Positions 48,596 through 57,685 of a DNA stretch of 57,845 bases are shown here, piece after piece; the stretch's first letter is position 1; every line of letters starts with the position of its first letter. Source of the stretch: a virus. The position numbers were made by a program, and so were the translations under genes. The notes under the pieces were generated by a model. That model did no database searches and was not told the origin of the DNA. It worked only from the letters and a program-made list of their open reading frames with translations. The stretch is taken from the IMG/VR virus record IMGVR_UViG_3300006353_000001; one strand, 5' to 3'.

Positions 48596-48635
48596 GTACA
48601 AGATAGAATATACTGTGTATGTGCTATCTTGTACA
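48596..48635 (-). promoter_or_regulatory. Minus-strand promoter P14 (-35 TGTACA 48630..48635; -10 TATATT = 48607..48612) flanked by inverted repeat GTACAAGATAG / CTATCTTGTAC
   Basis: 17-nt spacer. The inverted-repeat arms at 48596..48606 and 48624..48634 overlap the -35 box and the start region, which is an operator-like layout. Confidence 0.6.
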
Positions 48636-48764
48636 ACATCATTACATCTTATTACATCTCATTCATTTAGTTTTGTTTTTCTTTTTGTTTTTCTTGATTT
48701 TCTATAATTCTATTATACATGTAACGATGGCTAATGTACAACATCATTACAATCTGTTACATCT
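48630..48764. repeat. Two ~30-bp direct repeats (TGTACAACATCATTACA...TTACATCT) in an AT- and pyrimidine-rich spacer
   Basis: Copies at 48630..48659 and 48735..48764. The first 17 nt are identical. TTACATCT recurs, with a T-rich tract between the copies. Confidence 0.7.
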
Positions 48765-49024
48765 TAAAAACAAGGCAGGGGCCCTGTTTCCGCCCAGGCC
48801 CCGGGGGCAGCTTACCGGGCATTTCGAACATATGCACTGTAAACAGTGTCCAGGGCGCAGCCACAATCGGGCTCGCACGAAGTGCGACGTACGAGGCGCA
48901 TAGTACTGATAATGACGTACGGGGCTCAAAGTGCGAAGTCCCAGAAATTTTGATCATTAAATCATGTCCCCTGGATCGCGGGATCAGCACCTCGCACCGC
49001 GCGCGACGCCCCGCGAATCCCCCG

Positions 49025-49064
49025 GATCGAAACGGTGTACACATGTGCAAAACCGTGGTACAAT
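49025..49064 (+). promoter_or_regulatory. Promoter P12 (GATCGAA 49025; -35 TGTACA 49036; -10 TACAAT 49059), probably a leaderless transcript
   Basis: 17-nt spacer. In-frame ATGs at 49065 and 49071 immediately follow the -10 box, and there is no SD. Confidence 0.6.
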
Positions 49065-49070
49065 ATGACC

Positions 49071-49418
49071 ATGAGCGTGACATCTGTCATCAGGGTCAGG
49101 GGGCCGTCGGAGATGGCTCTGGAATTGATCCGTCGGGACTTCCCCGATTACCACCCCCTCATTGCGTTGGCCAGGTTGGCTCACTCGAAGGAGGCGGAGG
49201 AAGACCCACGCTTCGCGCTAGAGGTGCACAAGACTGTGCTGCCCTATGTCGTGCCGAAACTGAGCTCGGTCGAGGTAAAGGAACAGGGTGACCCGGACGA
49301 CAGACGGGTCATTGTGAGCCTCTTCGACCAAGTCCAACTCGAAGATGGTCGCATGGTGGACGTTGAGGTGCCGTTGGTCACCGACGTGTCTGAGCTCGTG
49401 CGCCTAGATGCTGACTAA
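49071..49418 (+). CDS. Possible small terminase subunit / packaging accessory protein (tentative)
   Basis: 115 aa (ORF track 49035..49418). First gene of the late region. The pattern DPRFALEVHKTVLPYVVPKLSSVEV recalls small-terminase-like proteins. Weak call. Confidence 0.3.
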   Translation: MSVTSVIRVRGPSEMALELIRRDFPDYHPLIALARLAHSKEAEEDPRFALEVHKTVLPYVVPKLSSVEVKEQGDPDDRRVIVSLFDQVQLEDGRMVDVEVPLVTDVSELVRLDAD

Positions 49419-49447
49419 TGAAATCATCAACCTGAAGGAACATCAAC

Positions 49448-49906
49448 ATGTCAGTCGTCGTCAAATCCCTCATCAACACCTCGCAGACCCTCGACTCGGT
49501 CGCGCTCGGGCCGTTCGCGACCCAGACCAGGGCGGGGTCCACTGCGGCGCTCGTGGCGGCAGCCGCCGCCCACACGATCCAGATGGACGAGGTCGACTCG
49601 GACGTCCCGGGCGTCACGATGTACAGTGTCGTGCCGGTGACCACCGACGTCGTGACCCCGCCCGTCGGCACCGAGGTGGCGCTGATCAGCCCGGCGGGCA
49701 CGATCGCGGCCATGACGCTGAACATGCCGGCGTCACCGTACGACGGCCAACCGTTCGAGGTGGCCTTCGACCAGATCATCACCGCGCTGACCATGGCGGC
49801 GCCGGCCAGTGCCACCCTGAAGGGCGCGCTGACCGCGGCGACCGCCAAGGGCTTCGCCAAGTGGCGGTACTCGAAGGCCGCGACCACCTGGTACCGCGTC
49901 GGCTGA
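49448..49906 (+). CDS. Hypothetical Ala/Thr/Val-rich protein (152 aa)
   Basis: ORF track with SD AAGGA. Confidence 0.55.
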   Translation: MSVVVKSLINTSQTLDSVALGPFATQTRAGSTAALVAAAAAHTIQMDEVDSDVPGVTMYSVVPVTTDVVTPPVGTEVALISPAGTIAAMTLNMPASPYDGQPFEVAFDQIITALTMAAPASATLKGALTAATAKGFAKWRYSKAATTWYRVG

Positions 49907-49921
49907 CCGAGGGGCGCTCCG

Positions 49922-50161
49922 GTGGAGGCACTCATCGGAGCCATCGCCACAGCAGGGAATCTCGCCGTTCTGGTGCTGATGGTCTGCTGTGGCGGGCTCT
50001 ACCTCATGCTCAAAGAGGAGCGGAGGTTGGAGCGGGAGGCGCGCAGGGAAGACGCGGTTCACTGTGCGCAGGCCACGGATCGGCAGACCGAGGCCGTGAA
50101 GGCGCTGACGGAGGTGTTGACACAGCTCCGGGTCGACGGAGCCAAGCGAAGGGTGGGCTGA
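49922..50161 (+). CDS. Membrane-anchored coiled-coil protein (79 aa)
   Basis: GTG start. TM segment AIATAGNLAVLVLMVCCGGLYLML followed by a charged helix. Confidence 0.45.
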   Translation: MEALIGAIATAGNLAVLVLMVCCGGLYLMLKEERRLEREARREDAVHCAQATDRQTEAVKALTEVLTQLRVDGAKRRVG

Positions 50162-50173
50162 TTGCTCGAATTT

Positions 50174-50341
50174 GTGAAACGGCTGCTCGAACAGCGGTAC
50201 GAGCGGCGGCGCACAACGGACTTTGGAGCCCTAGATCGCTCAGTTGAAGCAGAGAACAAGAGCCGGGAAGCCCATGACAGCCTCATGGACGAGTTGGACA
50301 GGCTGAAGGAGCTACTCGGAGATGACGGGCGGATGCATTGA
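50174..50341 (+). CDS. Possible small helical protein (55-59 aa), not in the ORF track
   Basis: GTG 50174 or TTG 50162. The stop overlaps TTG 50338 of the next gene. Confidence 0.3.
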   Translation: MKRLLEQRYERRRTTDFGALDRSVEAENKSREAHDSLMDELDRLKELLGDDGRMH

Positions 50342-50760
50342 ATTGGTCACTGATCGTGGAGGCCGTTGTGATGGGGATGTACGTCCCCATCGTCGTGATG
50401 AGCGGGGTCGCGTGCTATCTGTACACTAAACGTGTGCTGATACCTGCGATCAGGGGTCGGTACTTCCGTCTGGAGCACCACGCGGTCGCCCTGGCGGCGA
50501 TAATGGCCCTGGCGGCGCACTTCACGGAGAATCTGTACTACGGGGTGGCCCGGATCAGTGACAAGTGGCTGTACTCGATGATCGGAGTGCTCCCGGTGGT
50601 CGGTGCGATGAAATTGCTGGTGCTGGTGTCGGCTATTCTGGCGACCTCGGTGTACAACAAGGCGGTCTTCGGCGAGGCGAACCTCCGGAGGCTGCTACTG
50701 ATAGTGCTCTACATGTGGCTGGTAGGCTCGGTCGTCACAATATTCGTGAAAGTGCACTGA
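50338..50760 (+). CDS. Integral membrane protein, about four TM helices (140 aa)
   Basis: ORF track. Four hydrophobic stretches are visible. Confidence 0.5.
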   Translation: MNWSLIVEAVVMGMYVPIVVMSGVACYLYTKRVLIPAIRGRYFRLEHHAVALAAIMALAAHFTENLYYGVARISDKWLYSMIGVLPVVGAMKLLVLVSAILATSVYNKAVFGEANLRRLLLIVLYMWLVGSVVTIFVKVH

Positions 50761-50763
50761 AAA

Positions 50764-51642
50764 ATGAACCACTCTCTGCTGGCGCTGATGTTGGGGGTCG
50801 TCGCGTGGTCCCCGGCGGTGGCGGACGTCGTCACCACGACGCCGACGCCCATGACGTACGTCGCCAAGCGAGGCACGACGAACATTGCCACGAATCTGCC
50901 GGACGTCGCCTCCTGCTGGTCGAAGGTGTACGCGGACGTCGAGGCGCGGAAAACCGGCAGCAATTACTCGTGCGTGGGGACTTCCAAGGCCACGGTGTCG
51001 TACAAGGCGCCCGCACCCTGTGGCCCGGCGCCCGCCTCGCTGACCCAGAACGCTCAGTGCCCGTCCGGGACGACTGGGACGTTCGCCCAGGTGAAGACGT
51101 GGTCGTCCGTCGCGGCCCCGGAGTGCTGGAGGGTCGCCCCGGAGTGGTCACCGACGACCCCGCCCGTCGGATCCTGCCCGGTGGCTCCCGCGCAGACCTG
51201 GACGTTTCTGGGATACGAGTACGACGACGTCCAGCTGACCGTGCCGGCGAATTCGACGGTCCGGTACGGCTACGGATCGACCTGGGTGCAGAAGACGGTC
51301 TCCGGGGCTTTCTATTGTGACAACGCGACGTTCACGGATCCATTCCCGGGTCAGCGGAAGCAGTGTGAGCTGTTGCAGGTGCCGCAGGTTACAGGGAGCG
51401 CGAAGCTCTCGTGGACGGCCCCGACGACGAACGCCGACGGCACTCCGCTGACCGACCTAGCTGGGTACAGGGTGCTGTGGGGCACCTCCCCTGGCAACTA
51501 CACGAATTCAGCTCAAGTGAACGGCCTGGGGGCGACCCTGGACAACCTGGCGCCCGGGACGTACTACTTCGTGGTCCGGGCGGTGGACACTTCGGCCAAC
51601 GAGAGCGCCGACTCTGCTGTGGTGTCGAAGACGGTCAAGTGA
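50764..51642 (+). CDS. Secreted Cys-rich protein with C-terminal fibronectin type III domain
   Basis: 292 aa. Signal peptide MNHSLLALMLGVVAWSPAVA/DV. FN3-like LSWTAPTTNADGTPLTDLAGYRVLWGTSPGNY...GTYYFVVRAVDTSANES. Confidence 0.6.
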   Translation: MNHSLLALMLGVVAWSPAVADVVTTTPTPMTYVAKRGTTNIATNLPDVASCWSKVYADVEARKTGSNYSCVGTSKATVSYKAPAPCGPAPASLTQNAQCPSGTTGTFAQVKTWSSVAAPECWRVAPEWSPTTPPVGSCPVAPAQTWTFLGYEYDDVQLTVPANSTVRYGYGSTWVQKTVSGAFYCDNATFTDPFPGQRKQCELLQVPQVTGSAKLSWTAPTTNADGTPLTDLAGYRVLWGTSPGNYTNSAQVNGLGATLDNLAPGTYYFVVRAVDTSANESADSAVVSKTVK

Positions 51643-51643
51643 G

Positions 51644-52090
51644 GTGATGATGGAACGCCTGGGCAAACTCCTGGACCAGTTCACGCTGGAGACGATGATC
51701 CCGGCGGTCGTGCTGGCCCTGCTGTTCTCCGGATTCGCCCTGATGCTGGCCTGGGCCCAGCTGAATACGAAGAATCGATTCGACGTCGCGGACTTCTTCC
51801 GCGACGAGAAGGGTAAGGCCTCTAGCGGTCGGGCCTTCGCCTTCGTGGCCCTGGCCATCCACAGTTGGTGGGTGGCGACCCTGGTGTTCCAGAAATTGGC
51901 CACGGTCGACCACTTCCTCTACTACGGGCTGATCTGGGCCGGCACGCCCGCCGTGATGATGTTCGCGTCGAGGTGGGGAGGCAATCTGCCATTCTCACAG
52001 CCCGGGTACGCCCCGACCAGTGACCCAGCCGCTCCGGCGCCGCCGGTACCGCCCAGCCCCACGGACGTGAAGGTGACGGTCACCCAATGA
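51644..52090 (+). CDS. Three-TM membrane protein with Pro-rich tail (holin candidate)
   Basis: 148 aa. TM helices MIPAVVLALLFSGFALMLAW, AFAFVALAIHSWWVATLVF and FLYYGLIWAGTPAVMMFA. Confidence 0.4.
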   Translation: MMMERLGKLLDQFTLETMIPAVVLALLFSGFALMLAWAQLNTKNRFDVADFFRDEKGKASSGRAFAFVALAIHSWWVATLVFQKLATVDHFLYYGLIWAGTPAVMMFASRWGGNLPFSQPGYAPTSDPAAPAPPVPPSPTDVKVTVTQ

Positions 52091-53505
52091 GCACTGAGTT
52101 CAAGCTCTACGTCAAGCAGAAGCGGGCGCTGATGACGTCGGCCATGGAGGTCCTGTACGGCGGGGCCGCGGGTAGTGGGAAGAGTTACATGATGCGTGTG
52201 CTGGCGATCATCCTGTGCATGGAGATCCCCAACATCAAGATCTTCCTCTTCCGGCGCATGTACAAGGAATTGTACATCAACCACGTGTTCTCGCCGGACG
52301 GGTTCCTCGTGATGATGAAGGCCTTCATCGACCGAGGGGACTGCGTCTTCAACAAGTCGGACGGGGTCTTCAATTTCTGGAACGGTGCCCAGATCTACCT
52401 GTGCCACGCTCAGCACGAGAACGACATCCAGCAATACCTCGGGGCCGAGATACACTGCCTGTTGATCGACGAGGCCACTCAGTTCACCGAGAAGATGATC
52501 AGGTTCCTCCGCACACGTGTGCGGTTAGGCGGTCTGCCAGTGCCAACCCGCTGGCAGGGCCTGTTGCCCAAGATCATCTACGGCACGAACCCGGGCGGTC
52601 CGTCCCACGCCTACTTCAAGCGCGGGTTCGTGGTGCATGGCGAAGGTCACATTTTCAAGGCACCCGTCAACGACGGTGGCATGACTCGAGAGTTCGTCCC
52701 GGCGAGGTCCAAGGAGAACCTCGTGATGCTGAAGAACGACCCGAACTACGATCAGCGAATCATGGGTTTGGGCGACGAACGTCTGGCATTGGCTTACCTC
52801 GAGGGGAACTGGGATCTGGAGGACGGCGCGGCCTTCGCGGATCTGTGGGACCCCGCCCACCACGTCATCAACTCCATCGTCATCCCGAGGACGTGGCGGC
52901 TCGACAGGTCTCACGATTACGGCTACTCCGCCCCGTGCGGCACACTGTGGTGGGCGGAGTCAGATGGCACGAAGGTCGTCATCAACGACAAGCAGGTGAT
53001 CATACCTCGCAAATCCATCGTGCTGATCAGTGAACTCTACCTCGCCGACAAGGAGGACAAGGGCCTCCGTCTGCTGCCGTTCGAGATCGGTCAGCGGATG
53101 CACGATCACGAGGCGGCGATCCAGTTGCGGGTGCGCACGGAGGCAGGCCCTGCAGACGCGTCAATCTTCGACAAGGACCGTGGAATGACCGCGATCCATG
53201 ACGAGTACGTGAAGCGCGGGATCAGGTTCACGAAGTCCGACAAGCGCCCCGGCAGCCGTGAGCGTGGCTTTGTGCTGACGCGTCAGATGCTGAAGGCCGC
53301 GGCCAACCGAAACATCGAGCAGCCTTGGCTGCTGTCGCACCGTAACTGCGTACACTTCAATTCCCAAATCCCCGAACTGCCGATCGATCCGGAGAACCCT
53401 CAGGACGTCGACAGCGCGGCCAACGATCACCTCTACGACGGGGCTCGGTATCGTGTGCTCAAGGGCATGATGCAGGGCGGTACGTCAGAGATCTACGGTA
53501 CCTGA
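52087..53505 (+). CDS. terL: Terminase large subunit
   Basis: 472 aa. Walker A YGGAAGSGKSY, Walker B HCLLIDEATQF, and a C-terminal nuclease-like region. It lies upstream of the portal gene. Confidence 0.85.
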   Translation: MSTEFKLYVKQKRALMTSAMEVLYGGAAGSGKSYMMRVLAIILCMEIPNIKIFLFRRMYKELYINHVFSPDGFLVMMKAFIDRGDCVFNKSDGVFNFWNGAQIYLCHAQHENDIQQYLGAEIHCLLIDEATQFTEKMIRFLRTRVRLGGLPVPTRWQGLLPKIIYGTNPGGPSHAYFKRGFVVHGEGHIFKAPVNDGGMTREFVPARSKENLVMLKNDPNYDQRIMGLGDERLALAYLEGNWDLEDGAAFADLWDPAHHVINSIVIPRTWRLDRSHDYGYSAPCGTLWWAESDGTKVVINDKQVIIPRKSIVLISELYLADKEDKGLRLLPFEIGQRMHDHEAAIQLRVRTEAGPADASIFDKDRGMTAIHDEYVKRGIRFTKSDKRPGSRERGFVLTRQMLKAAANRNIEQPWLLSHRNCVHFNSQIPELPIDPENPQDVDSAANDHLYDGARYRVLKGMMQGGTSEIYGT

Positions 53506-53512
53506 GGCAGAC

Positions 53513-54871
53513 ATGGCAAAAGACATCAAGAAATTCTGCCACCCGGACTATGCGAAGTACATGCAGGACTACGAGAAGATCCGTGACTGCTACGAGGGTG
53601 AGCGAGCGATCAAGGACAAGGGCGTCAAGTACCTCAAGAGACTGAAGGCTCAGTCTCAGGAGGACTACGACAATTACCTGTTCCGGGCACTGTTCTTCCC
53701 GATCACCGGCAAGACTGTCACGTCCATGGTCGGCATGGCGACCACGAAGCCGCCGGAGGTGAAGTACCCCGCGGATATGGAGAAGTACTTCGTCGACACT
53801 GAGCCGGGGTATCAGTTCACTGAGACGTACGTGAGCACTTTCAGTGAAGTGACGCTCATGGGGCGCTACGGCATCCTCATCGACGCTCCGATGCTCGGAG
53901 ATCCGTACCCGACGGCGTACCTCGCCGAAAACATCGTCAACTGGCGCCTGGACTCCAGCACCAAGCTGCCGGTGATGCTCCTGCTGCGCGAGTGTCGTGT
54001 GGTGCCGGGCGAGGATCAGTTCGAGATGGTGGAGGTGGTCCAGTACCGCCACTGCTTCATGAACGGCGGAATCTACTACCAGGAAGTGTTGGACGACGAT
54101 CTGAAGGTTGTCATACCTGCGTTTGCGCCGACATTCTCTGGCGTGACGATCGACTTCATCCCATTCACCGTCATCGGAGCCACGGGCATCCACATGGAGG
54201 CCGACAAGCCTCCGATGCTCGACATCTCGACGATCAACATCAGCCACTACCTCACCAGCGCCGATCTGGAGTGGGGGCGCCACATCGTCGGTCTCCCGAC
54301 GCCGGTGGTGTCCGGGGTCGACTCCAGCACTAAACTGAGCATCGGCGGCACGTCGGCGTGGATCTTGCCGGTCGTGGAGGCAAAAGCCTTCTATCTGGAA
54401 TTCCAGGGACAGGGCCTGAAATCTCTGGAATACGCCATGACCGAGAAGGTCGGTCTGATGGCTACGATGTCCGCCAGACTCGTAGACAGCTCCACCAGAG
54501 GTTCGGAGGCCGCCGAGACCGTCAAACTGCGATACATGAGCGAGTCGGCGTCCCTGATCCACATCATCAGCTCGGTGGAGACCGGGATGCGCCTGGTGTA
54601 CACCATGCTCGCCAAACTCAAGAAAGCGTCTGGTCCAGTCACCATGACGTTCTCCAGAGAGATCCTTGGCATCAACATCACCTTCAAGGATCTGGAAATC
54701 CTATTCGAAGCGTATCTCAACGGCGAGATCAGCCGTGAGTCGCTGCTGTACAACATGCGTCGTCTTGACGCAGTTGATCCATCGAGGACCGACCAAGAGG
54801 AACTCGATGCAATAAAGGACCCGCCGCCCAAGCCGAGTCCGACTCCCGCTGCACCACAACCAACGAGGTAA
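53513..54871 (+). CDS. Portal protein (DUF4055-type)
   Basis: 452 aa. The N-terminal YEGERAIKDKGVKYLKRL...YDNYLFRALFFPITGKTV matches the DUF4055 portal signature (recollection). It follows the terminase. Confidence 0.75.
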   Translation: MAKDIKKFCHPDYAKYMQDYEKIRDCYEGERAIKDKGVKYLKRLKAQSQEDYDNYLFRALFFPITGKTVTSMVGMATTKPPEVKYPADMEKYFVDTEPGYQFTETYVSTFSEVTLMGRYGILIDAPMLGDPYPTAYLAENIVNWRLDSSTKLPVMLLLRECRVVPGEDQFEMVEVVQYRHCFMNGGIYYQEVLDDDLKVVIPAFAPTFSGVTIDFIPFTVIGATGIHMEADKPPMLDISTINISHYLTSADLEWGRHIVGLPTPVVSGVDSSTKLSIGGTSAWILPVVEAKAFYLEFQGQGLKSLEYAMTEKVGLMATMSARLVDSSTRGSEAAETVKLRYMSESASLIHIISSVETGMRLVYTMLAKLKKASGPVTMTFSREILGINITFKDLEILFEAYLNGEISRESLLYNMRRLDAVDPSRTDQEELDAIKDPPPKPSPTPAAPQPTR

Positions 54872-54874
54872 ACC

Positions 54875-55618
54875 ATGGGTCTGAAATACAAAATCGCGAA
54901 GCTGGAAGACGTCCCCGAAAACGTCCGCAGCCTGTACAAAGCCGAGGGCGACGGATTCGTCTTGGACGCCGAGGGCGTGGTGCCGAAGGAGCGTCTCGAC
55001 GAGTTCCGCACCAACAACATCAACCTCACCCAACAGCTGGAAAAGCTGAAGGGCGTGGACCCCGTCAAGTACGCGGAACTGATCGCGCTGGACAACAAGG
55101 TCAAAGAGGGTGAACTGATTAAGAAAGGCGACCTCGAAGGCGTGGTCAATCTGCGGGTCGAGGCCATGCGGACCGACCTCACCTCCAAACTCAGCACCGC
55201 CGAAGCCAACGCCGCCAAGATGGCGTCACAACTCAGCAAAGTCATGGTGGACGACCAGGTGAAGACGTACGCCATCAAGACCGGCGTCCGTGACACGGCC
55301 GTGGACGATGTGGTGCTGCGGGCGCGCGGCATCTACGTGATGGACCCGGCTGTGGGAGCCCCCGTGCCCAAGAACGACAAGGGTGAGGTGATCTTCGGCA
55401 AGGACGGCAAGACCCCCATGCCTATGGAGGAGTGGATGGTCGGCCTGAAGACAACAGCCCCTCACCTGTTCGCACAGTCCAGTGGTGGCGGCGCGGGCGG
55501 CGGCGGTCGTCCGGGCGCCGGTGGCGACCTCAGCAAGGCATCCCCCACTGACAAGATTGCCGCTGGCCTTGCCGCCGGTGGCCTTGCCAGGGACTTGCCA
55601 GGAGGCGCAGCGGCCTAA
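54875..55618 (+). CDS. Scaffolding protein (GP20-like)
   Basis: 247 aa. Helical and charged with a Gly/Ala-rich tail. It lies between the portal and the major capsid protein. Confidence 0.65.
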   Translation: MGLKYKIAKLEDVPENVRSLYKAEGDGFVLDAEGVVPKERLDEFRTNNINLTQQLEKLKGVDPVKYAELIALDNKVKEGELIKKGDLEGVVNLRVEAMRTDLTSKLSTAEANAAKMASQLSKVMVDDQVKTYAIKTGVRDTAVDDVVLRARGIYVMDPAVGAPVPKNDKGEVIFGKDGKTPMPMEEWMVGLKTTAPHLFAQSSGGGAGGGGRPGAGGDLSKASPTDKIAAGLAAGGLARDLPGGAAA

Positions 55619-55626
55619 TACCCCTC

Positions 55627-55666
55627 GATCAAAGGAGTGTACAAAGCGCGTCGGGCGCGTTATAAT
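55627..55666 (+). promoter_or_regulatory. Promoter P13 (GATCAAA 55627; -35 TGTACA 55638; -10 TATAAT 55661) upstream of the capsid gene
   Basis: 17-nt spacer. It is followed by a ~140-nt leader with three hairpins. Confidence 0.65.
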
Positions 55667-55809
55667 GTACGTATGACGCCACCTTAGGGCCTAGGGTGGT
55701 CGTCCAGATCGGTGTATTCCAGACCGCTTGGCAAGCGATCTGGAATGCGTAGGCCCCTCCGGCGGAGGGTAGATGACGCAGATCGTCCACTCAACATCGG
55801 AGCCTCCAA

Positions 55810-56745
55810 ATGGCCTCACTCACTCTCGTCGAAGCGGCGAAGATTCAGCAGAATCCCCTGATCTCGGGGATCATCGAATCGGTCGTCACCGTCAACCACA
55901 TGTACCAGGCGCTGCCGTTCGATCAGATCGTCGGCAATGCACTCCTGTACACGCGTGAAAACGCCATCGGCGGTGTCGCGCCGATCGGCATCGGCGGTGG
56001 TTCCAACACCATCCCGGCGGCCGCCAAGACGCCCGCAACCTTCACCCCGGTCACCACGCCTCTCAAGGCGCTGATCGGTGACGCCCTCGTCGATCACTTC
56101 ATCGACACGACCATGGGCAACAACAACAACCAGACGGCGGTCCAAGTCGCGTCGAAGGCCAAGGGCCTCGGCCGCGAGTACCAACGTCAGTTCATCCTGG
56201 GCGATTCGGCGGTCGACCCGCTCGAGTTCGACGGTCTGGCCAAGCTGATGCCGGCTGCTCAGACGATCGACGAAGCTTCGGCTCCGCTGACCCTGGAAAT
56301 GTTGGACGAGGCGATCTCCGGTGTGAAGGCCAAGGACGGCGCGGTGGACTTCTTCGCAATGCCTGACATTGCGATCCGCAAGTACTTCTCGGTGCTGCGT
56401 GCGGCCGGCGGCGCGACCATCGGCGAATTCCGCACCATGCCGGACGGTCAGCAGATCCCGGTCTACCGCGGCGTCCCGATCTACCGCAACGACTACATCC
56501 CGATCCTGAACCCGGGCGGCGCGGTCCGCGAGACGGACATCTACGCCGGCTGCTTCGACGACGGTTCGCGCAAGACCGGTATCGCGGGTCTGACCTCGGT
56601 GGTGCAGAATGGCATCTTCGTCAGCTACGTCGGCGAAGCCGAACTGACGAACGACACCATCACCCGTCTGCGGTTCTACGCGTCGATGGCGATCTTCAGC
56701 GAACTCGGCGTGTTCAAGCTCGAGCAGGTGCGCGTCGCCGGCTGA
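55810..56745 (+). CDS. Major capsid protein
   Basis: 311 aa with SD GGAG. It follows the scaffold gene, has its own strong promoter, and has an HK97-fold-like size and composition. Confidence 0.8.
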   Translation: MASLTLVEAAKIQQNPLISGIIESVVTVNHMYQALPFDQIVGNALLYTRENAIGGVAPIGIGGGSNTIPAAAKTPATFTPVTTPLKALIGDALVDHFIDTTMGNNNNQTAVQVASKAKGLGREYQRQFILGDSAVDPLEFDGLAKLMPAAQTIDEASAPLTLEMLDEAISGVKAKDGAVDFFAMPDIAIRKYFSVLRAAGGATIGEFRTMPDGQQIPVYRGVPIYRNDYIPILNPGGAVRETDIYAGCFDDGSRKTGIAGLTSVVQNGIFVSYVGEAELTNDTITRLRFYASMAIFSELGVFKLEQVRVAG

Positions 56746-56757
56746 TCGAGGTCCGGC

Positions 56758-57303
56758 GTGTCGATCGCGATCAACAACACGCCACTATCTCCGCTCTGTA
56801 ACTCATACGTGAGTTCGGCGGAGATGGGGCTGTATCTGCGTGACCGAGTGAGCGAGACGGTGTTCGATCTGTGGGACGCGTTGGACGTAGAAGTTCAGCG
56901 CACCTACATGGTCAATGCCACTCGCTTCCTGGACTACGCGGTGGAGTGGATCGGCGATCGATACTCCCGTGACCAGCGACTCGACTGGCCGCGGGTGAAC
57001 GCCTTCTTCGACGGCTACTACCTCGACCCCATCACGTTCCCACAGCAGGTCATGGACGCTGCCTGTGAGATGGCGCGGTGGATGATGGAGAATGACGGCG
57101 TCATCTCCGTAGCTCAGAACGCGGCTTTTGACTCGATCAAGGTCGGGCCGATCGCCATCGACTTCAACGAAAACGTCTCCGGCACCAAGGACAAGTACTT
57201 CCCCGATGTGGTGGCGTACATCCTGTCCGGATTAGGGACTGTGCAGCCGCCCGATATCCCAGGATCGAATCGGCTGAAGCAAGTGAAACTGCAACGTGCT
57301 TAA
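56758..57303 (+). CDS. Head-tail connector / adaptor (gp6-like, DnaT_2-like)
   Basis: 181 aa, GTG start after GAGG. The pattern SYVSSAEMGLYL...ATRFLDYAVEWIGDRYS...LDWPRV is typical of head-tail connector proteins (recollection). Confidence 0.55.
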   Translation: MSIAINNTPLSPLCNSYVSSAEMGLYLRDRVSETVFDLWDALDVEVQRTYMVNATRFLDYAVEWIGDRYSRDQRLDWPRVNAFFDGYYLDPITFPQQVMDAACEMARWMMENDGVISVAQNAAFDSIKVGPIAIDFNENVSGTKDKYFPDVVAYILSGLGTVQPPDIPGSNRLKQVKLQRA

Positions 57304-57685
57304 GCAGACAGTCCTCGGCGCAGTCAGAACGGCCAAGTTTGCGTTGGACGATCTGGTGATTATGGCTAAGTTGGTGACCAAGGGCGAGGCAGTGCACGTC
57401 CCTGGTTCGGCACCCACTTATCCAGAGTCACTGAAGGACATCAGCATTGTGCTGGTGTCGTACAAGGCAAAAGAAATTGACGGTGATCGCATCAGGGCCA
57501 ACGATGTGCAAGGCCTGGTCTTTCCAGAAGACGGAAACCCTGTGCCGAACACCAACGACGTGATTAGAGTACTGCCTGCTGATAGCGGGGCCTTCACGCC
57601 CGGCGATTATCGGGTGATCGTCAACGATAAGACATTTGCGGGGAACGCTCTGGCTGTATCCATCTGCCAACTTCGATTGCTATGA
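57296..57685 (+). CDS. Head-closure / head-tail joining protein
   Basis: 129 aa, GTG start overlapping the upstream end. It lies between the connector and the gp10-like protein. Confidence 0.45.
   Translation: MLKQTVLGAVRTAKFALDDLVIMAKLVTKGEAVHVPGSAPTYPESLKDISIVLVSYKAKEIDGDRIRANDVQGLVFPEDGNPVPNTNDVIRVLPADSGAFTPGDYRVIVNDKTFAGNALAVSICQLRLL

Noticed and set aside
48619-49291. ORFs 48619..48903 and 48734..49291 in the ORF track
   Set aside because: They start in the AT-rich repeat/promoter region and run across promoter P12 into the first late gene in another frame. Their translations are low-complexity, so I regard them as spurious.
53459-55332. Long minus-strand ORFs (53459..54562 and 54391..55332)
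   Set aside because: They are antisense to the portal and scaffold genes. They have no signals and shadow-ORF composition.
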